A stretch of DNA of 64,000 nucleotides from Lytechinus pictus (Eukaryota). Within the stretch, counting starts at the first letter, position 1, and each line of letters begins with the position of its first letter. The stretch spans positions 9,364,001-9,428,000 of the forward strand of contig NC_087250.1 of NCBI RefSeq assembly GCF_037042905.1, written 5' to 3'. This document shows, one piece after another, positions 1 through 9,978 of this stretch. The notes under the pieces are model-generated. The model was not told where the DNA came from and made no database searches. It worked only from the letters and a program-made list of their open reading frames with translations. A program made the translations under genes and the position numbers.

Positions 1-484
1 ATCTCAAAATGGTAACACTGCGGTGAACGCCTTCCCATTTAGGACTTTTAGAAAATAGGAAAAGGAAACAATTAAACAAGAAAGGCTGGCCTTGAAATTG
101 AATCATTTATACGATGGTGTCAGGATAAATGGGGAACGTGATACAATATGATTACCTATACCTAATTCCATTTTATAAATTGCAAACAAACTAATTAATT
201 TCAAGTTATATTACTTGTATGCTATATAGAATATCACTCTCAACGGCCGAAAGTCCAACAGGTTAAGACGAAAATGTATTTTCGTTGGCTCCGATTCTGC
301 TACTTCACTACGTTATTACTACCATTTCCAGTTCTTTGTATATTAGTCAGCGAATTAATCATCAATCCGAAAAGGCCCATGATGAAATTTATCAATGTAA
401 CGAAGCACATGGAAAAAAAAGTACACGAATACGGGAAGAGGGTTGTGGACCTAAATGTCCAGCAAAAAAAATTAAGGGAATCAA

Positions 485-493
<9 letters not shown>

Positions 494-543
<50 letters not shown>
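494..543. repeat. (CT)n microsatellite
   Basis: Perfect CT run. Confidence 0.95.
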
Positions 544-547
<4 letters not shown>

Positions 548-959
548 CAGTCCTCTAAACCATGTTTTAATGAAAAACTGAGAATATAAAATCATTACGA
601 TTCAAAACTAAATCACAATCGATCTCTACGAACTCCAGACAATTTCTGCTTGATCATTCATCGGGCATTCACGCGTGCCGCCATACAATGAATTCAGAAG
701 ATTATTTGCTGAACAATAACAATGTGGATTTCGCAAATAACGGACAGGTTGGGGGAAACCATACAATATACTTGCCTTATATTTATGAAAATCAAACTTC
801 CTCTTATAGTGCTGTTGCGTGAGCGCTTACAGCGTGCAGCGTATCCTCATTATAAAACACGGAAATTTCTTATACATATTTGAATGTATATTACCGCTTT
901 GCTCTTTATTCGTTGTGTGTTGAGTTGATTGGGAAATCGCTTAATGACTTATTTCGGAT

Positions 960-1835
960 TATGACCTGTTCACACTGCGATATGTTTACAACGTCATTGA
1001 GAGCCGGGGCAGGAATCATTGCTAACATCTGAATGATCTCCGTACCATGTGATCCGGTACGTTAACAACAGTGCATATTACTTTATATTGACCCCTCTTG
1101 ATCAACTTGATTCTCCATCAATGGTTACATCCTTGGGAAACACTGGAAATGCATAACAAAGCAAACTAATCAAAAGATAAAACGGATCAAGACTTGAGTA
1201 CTCTGATATATGTCATAACTTCGTGTGTTCTGGCCTGGAATCGTTGCTCTATACCATATTGGCACCGTTGTCATTTGGTACTTTGACAAAGACAGTGCAT
1301 AATGTATATTGACTCATTTTGCTTAACTTGAATGCTTATCAATCGGCGTTTTGACAAAGACAGTGTATATTACTTCATATTGACTCATCCCGCTCCACTT
1401 GATTCAAGTGCGAACGGTCGATGACGGTACTTTGGCAAAGATATTACTTTATATTAACTCAATCTTGCTTAACTTGATGTATGATCAATCGATGTCGGGC
1501 TGGGGGAATTTCAGAATAGCATAAAACAAGCAAACTAATCTATTGATAATTTGGCTACTTGACTGCAACTTAAGTTCTGCGACATGTTCATGACATGGCA
1601 TCGTATGACCATGCCTGGAATCATTGCTCTACCAGAACGATATCTTCTCTGACCCTCCCATTTGGCAGTTACACAGAACATATCACTTTATATTGACCAG
1701 TCTTGCAAAACCCATGGTTAATCAATGACGGTACTTTGGTAAAGACCGTGCGTAGTACTTTATATTGACTCGTCCTACTCAATTTAATTCATGATCAAGC
1801 GATCAGGCAATGCATATTTAACAGGCAGGCTAATC
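960..1835. repeat. Degenerate tandem repeat array
   Basis: Core cagtgcatattactttatattgactc..cttgcttaacttga recurs about 6 times, and ggaatcattgct recurs at about 1012, 1237 and 1617. Confidence 0.75.
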
Positions 1836-1869
1836 AATGTAGGAAAATAACACGGCTAGGCCTATCTAC

Positions 1870-2006
1870 GATCCTATTGGCTGAACGGATTGCACCGGTT
1901 TACTTTTCCTGAACTTTTCTGGAGCTACAAATTCGAAAGTGATGAAACACATCGCAAGCACCGAATTATCACCTAATCACAATTAGAAGAGAGCAAGAAG
2001 GTAAGT
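1870..2006 (+). promoter_or_regulatory. Candidate promoter and non-coding first exon of the NLR gene
   Basis: Consensus donor AAG|GTAAGT at 2001 and inverted CCAAT (ATTGG) at 1876. The ATG exon at 9695 begins with an acceptor and so implies an upstream exon. Confidence 0.45.
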
Positions 2007-2656
2007 ACATGACTGCATAATTCTTCCCTTTTTTAGGTTTCCTTTCATTTCCTTCTTTTCTTTAATGCTCCATGATCCCTTTTCTGTGATACCGGCGCAT
2101 TAAAAATGTTCATATCATTATTTTCTTATGAAGCCCTTTCTATCTTTAATTATACATGTTCGGTTCGCCTCCTTTGGAATGTGATGGGTAAATATTGGAC
2201 CGTTGTCTTTATGTCATATTTCTTAGTGATAACAGTAACATATCAAAGGGCACAGGTGCCTCGAGTGCAAGTACACACAGGCGCGGTGCCTGAGAAAGGA
2301 GGCAAGGGGCAAATGCCTCTATGATATTTATTTTTTATTATTATTATATAACAATCAGAGGAAGGAAATTATAGGGGGAAGCGTATAAAAAGATATGAAT
2401 GGACCATGCAACTCTAGTACATGTACTCATTTTGTTCAATTAAGAAGGAGCAAATTGTCGCACATGTACAGTATACAAATAATGCACGTAAGCGCGTGCA
2501 TGCATGCATGCCAAATAATGAACGATGTGCGAGAAGAGCCAATGGATATATCGCACCGAGGTCCGCAGGACCAAGTGCGGTATATCCATTCGTCGAGCCG
2601 AGCACAGAGTTCATTATTTAGGTCCTCTATGCACAATAATGCGTGCATTGTTTGAT

Positions 2657-2901
2657 TTATACAACCCCCCATGTTACTGAGTTGCCCCAAATGCTATATT
2701 TTATCTAAATTCTAGATAATTCTAGATAATTCCAGACCTCGCACTATCCTGCACTCTGACGTCAGAGTGCAGGATAGTACTTTTGGTATGACGTCAAAGT
2801 GCAGGATAGTGCGTTTTGGATGCAATAGTGCAATTCGCTGAATATCATGTGATCCGATTTGGACCAATCAGATTACAGAACATACTTGGTAGTTGTATGA
2901 T
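2657..2901. mobile_element. Small MITE-like element with internal palindrome
   Basis: Ends ttatacaac / gttgtatga. Perfect 36-bp palindrome at 2743-2778. Confidence 0.5.
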
Positions 2902-5650
2902 AGCACTCCTTGACCCCCCCCCCCCTCCGCTTAAATATGAATGAAAGCTGGAAGTGTTATTCGTTGAACAATTAAAGAAGAAGCAAGTGTCACAAGCAGT
3001 GGAGGATCAAGCCAGGTAGCCAGGTTGAATGCAATGACATTTCAGGGGCCATATTGTTTTTTTTATAATACTTCTTCTTCCTCCTCCTTTAGCTTCAGAG
3101 ATACCGTGCGTCCAACAAAAAAGGAACCCCTTTTCAGAGATAGGCTTAACAATTATTTAATATGTTTTTACCATAAATTTGATACTCATGGCATGAGTGG
3201 AATCTCATCTCTCATTTGACTCCAACAGATAAGTAAATCGTTCACGCATGTCAGATTACAAACAATAAATATTGAGGCATATCAGAAACGATTTGCACAG
3301 AAACCTACGTGTGTATCTGAATCCACTCTCATTTCAAGGATCAGTGAGGGAAGCTTTAACAAAGAATACAAAAGTAATACTAATGAGCCAATCGTCGAAT
3401 AAGCACGGTTGTCGTATTATGAACCAATCTTGTCCAATTTTTCTGCACAACCTCGTTTTGACACACAAATTTCAAGCTCGTCTTGCTCATTAATGCGTGA
3501 AGTGTTCGTCGCCTAATAGAAATCGAAGTAAGAGGAATAATTGAATTATATGAATATGATCATGAAATATCATAATTCATTTGCTTTTGAATTAAAAAGA
3601 CATGTGAATCCCGGTTCCCTTTTGTTCCGGGACGCACGGTATAACAGTCTCTATAAACTGTTGTGTCTAGATTAGGGCAATATTTCAGCTCTAGTTTCCG
3701 ATTTCAGCACTCGGAATGAGAGCCGATTTTCCAAGGTACGCACATCTACTCCCTTTACCTAACTTGTTGTTTCTCTACCCATTCCTGTCTCTACGCCCCC
3801 ACCCCCCCCCCCTCTCTCTCTCTCTGTCTATTCATTTGTTTATATCTGTGAGTGTTAATTGCAAAAATCTGCGTTTGGTCCTATTCATCATGTCCATGCA
3901 TTATCAAACGATCCAATCTATTTTCGCATTGCAGTTTGCTAGTATACGGGAACAGCTCTAACGCAGTGAGCCAAAAAGAAATGGGTGGCCTACAGTATGT
4001 TTACCGGGATAAAAAGGAGAAAAAACACAAGAAACCATTTATATTCGCAAGAGAGTGAAGCGAACGATAACAAATGCTGACTTTTAAAGGTTCAAATCCA
4101 TTTTTATTTTCATAAACATCGACTCAATATTAAAAGGATATCATGATATTTCGGCAACCCCCATAGTTTTACTTTTACATATCAAAATAAACTCAGGGAA
4201 TTTTATTATTTAATCATAATAATTATGCATTTTCAAATGTAAAATGCGAATCAATAAATCAAATCAAATCCTTTCATTTTCTCCTTTTTAATAATTTTTC
4301 CTTTGCTCGCTGATCCCCATTAAATGGGGGGTACTGCTCCTTGCGCCCCTTACATATACGACCGTTGTTATAACATACAGTCATAGAAATAATACTCAAA
4401 ATATTTTGTAAAAGGTCATTATAAGTACGCTCTCAAAACAAATCAGTCAAAATGTATAATTAATGGGGTCATGTAGGTGGGTGCAACTGTTAATCTAGTT
4501 ACTTTGACTATTTTATATTTGTAGTTTACTAGAACAGAGTCATTTCTGACGAGGATATACCTCAGAAATGTGACTAGACATATCAGTTACACCCAGCTGA
4601 CTACTGATCTAGTCAGTTTGACTAATTAGTTTTATGAATGTAAGGGGAATCTATTTTTCGTAATATGTATCTAAACCGACCTTCTGAATAACGAATGAAA
4701 ACAAAATGCCAACACTAATTTCCCAGACGGTTCTGCTTTGTCACAGTCATACCCAAAGAAATCCTATTCATACCGATCAAATATATCATGATTTCCAATG
4801 ACGTATTATCGGTCGGTTTGTGGTCGTTTCCTTCGGTGTGAATAATGTTAGACGGCAGTGCGTGGGCGCGAACCAACGCACGTCTACACTGCCTTCTATC
4901 AGTCTATAGATAATAAATAAGAGAAAAATGTTCCCAGGGTGTATTCCGTGCTGGTACAAAAATGTTCTTTATGTTTATTCCAAATGACCTTGCTTATACA
5001 AACATTATGTATGAATATTATTTTATTTTGTTATTCTTTCAAAAACAGCAGGAAATCCGCATATTTTTCAGTTGAAAAAAAAATGTTGAGACGATATCCA
5101 TGATTTTTAACAGCACTGGCGTACAGATTAGGGGGGGGGGGCTTGGCTTGGGTGTCATGAACCCCCGAAAATTTTCACGACTAAGTTAAAGGAAGAAAGC
5201 GAAACTAGGGAAGAGGGTGAAATTTGATGATTATACTAAATTTACGAATATCATGGACAAATCTATCACAAAGTTTTATATTGAAGAGGTCAACAATTTT
5301 GGCCCGATTGCTTCACTCTGTCCCAGCTTTTTTTTTTCAATTTCGCAACATACGTCATGTCTGGCCCCCTCGAAAACTGTGGCTTATTACTTAAGCAACA
5401 TGAAAGGTATTGTTTAGATGCATTGGTTAACATTATTTTACCCAAAAAAATCCGAGCGGAAGGTCATGTTTATCACATGTGTCTCTGATATGTTTCACAA
5501 AATTAAACCCCGAAAATTATTATTTAGTGCTCGAAAAATAAAGTGGCCGGAAAAGCCATTCCAAACTTATCCCACATACTATATTCATGTGCTGCAGTTA
5601 CATTCCACATAGTGCAAAAACGCCTTTGTTGATTTAACACCAGCATGGTA

Positions 5651-5892
5651 CACTGCAAAAACCCCGGTGTTGATTTATCACCAGCCCGGAATCTATATAT
5701 GTCCACACCAGAGAAGTGTGAAACAACACCAGTTTGGTTTTGGTCTAACACCAGATAGGTGTTTATACAACACCAATTAGTATTAAAACAGCATTGGTTT
5801 GATTCCAAACTGGTGTTGTTTCAATACATATCTGGTGTGGACATATATAGATTCCGGGCTGGTGTTAAATCAACACCGGAGTTTTTGCAGTG
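5651..5892. mobile_element. MITE family A (CACTGCAAAAA termini), nested inside an older related MITE (~5608-6100)
   Basis: Long TIRs cactgcaaaaaccccggtgttgattt / aaatcaacaccggagtttttgcagtg. Copies at 53220 and 60640. Confidence 0.85.
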
Positions 5893-6443
5893 TTTCTATA
5901 AAGGAAAACACCAGAGAGGTATTGAAACAACACCGGTTTGGCGTTATAGAATAACACCAATTATTTGCATTCGAACAACACCAATTAGTGTTGAAGCAAT
6001 ATCGATTTGATTCTAAACTGTGTTTTTGTTTTCAACACTTCACTGGTGTTTTCCGATTTAGATACCAGGCTGGTGTATAACTAGCACCGTTTTTTTTGCA
6101 GGAGACAAGTTAGACGATGATTTTTATTCATATCTTGAAAGTGTTTGAACGAACAGGGTTTCATCTTCGGTCTTTTCATATGAACAGTATTAGATACAAC
6201 ACATAAGATATCTTAACCTAACACTTTGAAAACGTTGTCTAAAATTCATAGAAGGACATGCAAGCCTGACATTCTAACAATAAATTGTTTTAACATTAAA
6301 CAGTAAATTGTTTGAGTTTTTTTTTAACAACTTTTTCAAGGGGTTTACTTATACAACTTGTTTGAAAATTTAGATATTAGTTAGAGTGACGAGCTTAAAG
6401 AACGTGCTTAACATTCTGAATGGCTTCTTTACAGTGCAGTTAA

Positions 6444-6824
6444 AGTGATTGGTTAACATTGGTTTGACTTTTAGAAAATCTGAGCTAGAAGGTCACACTT
6501 GTCACCTGTGTCTGTGATATGTTACAAAAATGAAGCCCAGAAAAAATTGCGTTCGAAAAAAAATATTTAGTGCTTCAAAAATTGAAATATAAAGTGACCG
6601 AAAACACCATCTTAATTTCATCCCATACACTTATGTGTACTATTTAGGCGTCTATAAGACGCCTATTAAACAAAATCAGGGTTTGCCTTGTAGTATTAGC
6701 TTTTCATTCTCAATAATGGTTGTTTTCAGGGTTTATTTGTTCTAATACATGCACTTCTACACATGTTTCATCTTGGTTTGAGAATTTTTTTTAAATCGGC
6801 TGCTCACAAAGTTAAACAATACCT
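6444..6824. mobile_element. TTAA-flanked MITE (Kolobok-like AG...CT ends)
   Basis: Ends agtgattggttaac / gttaaacaatacct. A diverged copy lies at ~5403-5590. Confidence 0.75.
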
Positions 6825-7334
6825 TTAACATTCTGAATGGCTTCTTTACAGTGCAGTTAACAGGATGTTAACTATTGGCCTGCGATCTAAAACCTTTTGT
6901 GGTACTTGAATATTCTTGGATTTAATTTATGATTTGTAATTGATATGAATGTCAAGTTAGGGCGATTTTATTAAAGCACAAATCATGAAGTGTTAACATG
7001 GTTAATGTGCTTCTTTTTCGAAAATAAGATAATTGCTTTATTTTGTTTTTGTTTGTTTTTATAAATGCGCTATATAGGGGAAATATTATTTCATTTATCT
7101 ATTTCAATCTGTATCATGTCTCAGATATTAATACATCTACGGAAAGTATTATTTCAACCAATGTTCTATCCCAACGAAGTAGGTATCCAAGGGACGGATT
7201 TAAAAACATCGGGGGGGGGGGGGGGGCTTACAAATACTAATGCAATGCATTTGGTCTTGCTTTGACATTTGTGATATGTTTGGAATTGAATAATCTATTC
7301 TCCATGATGAGCAAGTAAGAACGAATGTGCATTT

Positions 7335-7525
7335 AACTTGTTTATTTCCAATTCTTCTAATGCCAATTCGACCAATTGCCAACTCGTGTACTATCATTTG
7401 GTCTACCATCAGTTCGTCCACTATCCACATGTTCTAATTGCCAGTTCGTCCACTATCCACAAGGTCTAATTGCCAATTCGTCCACTCACCATTTCGTCTA
7501 GTAACCAGTTGGTCCATTAGCCATT
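7335..7525. repeat. Short tandem repeats (gccaattcgtccactatccaca-type)
   Basis: Several adjacent imperfect units. Confidence 0.7.
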
Positions 7526-8041
7526 TTATTTTCTTCAAAATATCATATTATTTAACATGGAACTCATGGTTGGTAAACCTCATGTCAAAATAACTTAAGC
7601 GTTGATGTATAATATTATTTTTACGGCAACAAGAAGTGTCACTTCTTGTCCCCATGTCCCTATTTCCCTTCTTCTTCTCGCCTTCATCCCTTTTAGCATC
7701 TATTCCACATTATTCCTCTTGTTCTCTTCTTTTATCCTCTTCTAAACTCTCTTCTAATTATTAGTATTATTATTATTCTCCTTCTTCTTCTCATCATCAT
7801 TCTTCTTCTTCTTCTTCTCCTCCTCCTCCTTTTTCTTCTTCTCCTTCTTCTACTTCGTATTGTTTTCCCTTTCTATTGCACATTGTTCTTCGTCTTCTCT
7901 TCAGAATCTCCCCTTCTGACTTATTATTATCCCGGCTTCTTCACTGTTCTCCATCATCATCATCACCATCACCACTACCACCACCACCACTACCATCATC
8001 ATTTTCATCATATTCGTAGTCTTTGTCTTAAACATGTTTAA

Positions 8042-9650
8042 ATAGACCAGTTCGTAGTTACTTCATGGACAATTTTGGTCAAATGACCTTTCATTTCTTT
8101 CATTATTGTTAAGACAGTGTCAGCATAATTATACCACGTTGTCACAATAACCACAAAGGAGGCGTATTCTAAAGTTAGCTTCCTTTTAATACTTGGAAGT
8201 ATCTCAGTGGTGGTGCTAGCTTGTAGCGTATATTCAACAACTGTGTGTGAATCCTGTAGCAAATAACAAAAATTAAACAACAAAGATTTAGACTCTTGAT
8301 CAAGTACTAATGGTTCCTTTCACATAGTATTACAATGGGTTATAAACTTGGAAATGATGTTAATACTTATTTCACTTGTCAACTGTAACGTGTTATTATT
8401 CATTACACTTTTATGTAAACACTTGTGCTTATCTATATCATTAAAACATAAACTTCTTATTCACTGAAATGTGTTTGAAATGCCATTTGTTTTGTTTCTG
8501 AAAATGACATAAACATCTATTATTATTTATGATCAAACTGCACTATTCAGTTTCTTTTGCAAAGTGTTTAGCAAAGTATTGTAATATTTGTCAAAAAACG
8601 ACTTAATCGAGACTAGATTAAAGCCGAATCACCAAAGAAACATCAGAAAATATTCCTCCGCTTTGAAAACGTGCGCGAAAAATGACCGTACAATTGGGTT
8701 TCAAAGTAATTAGCGTAAGAAAAATAGGTCTCTTATCTCACCTCAAATTTATGAGTTCTTGAACCAAATTAAACAAAATACGTGTTTCCAAATAATTGAC
8801 AAACTATCATAAAACATGTTTGTTTCTCTCATTTGCCTTGAATTACATTAACAACAAATTTGCATGAATAAAACTTTCACTTTCACTCGGTACGCTGTCA
8901 TGTTGAACACGTTTGTATTAACGTTAGTTATGTAATTTTCCATTATCCATCTTTAAAGACAGACCTAAAATTGACCCTAATCACCTTAAATACATTACAG
9001 AAATACATGTAGGAATTAAGCATAAACTACACTGTAATATTAATCGAACAGAATTTAACGTACCTTCAGTTTTGTATTAAATAACGAAGAAAACTCGGGA
9101 TCGACCAAGGTCGATGTACCTTCGAACGATCTTGTTTTAGCTGTGACCTTGCTTTGACCTTGAAGGGTAATAAGTCTAAACTCAAGTACATGCAAATAAC
9201 ACCAAATATTTCAAAAGGCAACAATATCTGAATATCAAACTATGTCATTCTATGACACATTATGATAGGCAGATTTCAAAGCAAGATATTACGTAAGCTT
9301 GCCTAACATAGCATGATGAAGAAATTGAATAGACCAGGTGACTAGAATAGCACACCAATGAACACTTTATCATGTTTATGGAGGTATTTGTTGCATTCCT
9401 ACTTTGAATGCATATCATAGCACGTTGCACAATTTACTTGGCAAACTGTGAAATACCAGTCGTTCGTGGACGCATTGTTGTTTTTGTGGATGTAAATGAA
9501 AACCACAATTCAAAAGAAAATATGAATAATCAACTGGTGCTTATCTCAGTAGATTTTAAACCACCATGTCACTTTAGTACAAATGACCTTCCTCTAATTA
9601 TGCGTAGAATCTTTTGATCATGCGCAGAAAGGAACTACCAACTGGCTTAT
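8042..9650. mobile_element. Non-autonomous DNA transposon, family R (AATAGACCAGTT / AACTGGCTTATT ends)
   Basis: Imperfect ~20-bp TIRs. Internal segments match 47790-48200 (inverted) and 35248-35271. Confidence 0.7.
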
Positions 9651-9701
9651 TGTTCTTGTGTTTTATTTTTGTTATGTTGATTCCTCATCCTCAGAACTAT
9701 C

Positions 9702-9978
9702 ATGGCAGAAGACGGCAGGATGCCACCTCTGTCCAACAGGGACCTCATCAAACTCACCAACGGGCTGGACCAAGACGAGTACTTCAGACTCGGTAGGGCC
9801 TTAGGAGTCGCAGAAGGCATTCTCAGCCATCTGTGGGACCCAACGCAGATGTCGTGTGCTTTGCAGATGGTGCTCCTGTGGAGGGATGATCTTGGGCCTG
9901 AAGATGACCAAAGGGCCATTTTGATCGAGAAACTTTTAGAAGCGGGACTGGAGGACCAACTAGATAAACTATTGAATG
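9702..9978 (+). CDS. NLR coding exon 1: N-terminal Death-fold domain
   Basis: Acceptor tcctcag at 9694, ATG in context atcATGG, donor GTATGT at 9979. Translation ...YFRLGRALGV...ALQMVLLWRD...LIEKLLEAGLEDQLDKL fits the Death-domain pattern. Confidence 0.85.

Noticed and set aside
274..595. Overlapping short ORFs (SLSLSL / ERERER)
   Set aside because: Products of the (CT)n microsatellite.
960..1835. CRISPR-like array
   Set aside because: Repeats are degenerate, spacers are themselves repetitive, no cas genes are present and the context is eukaryotic.
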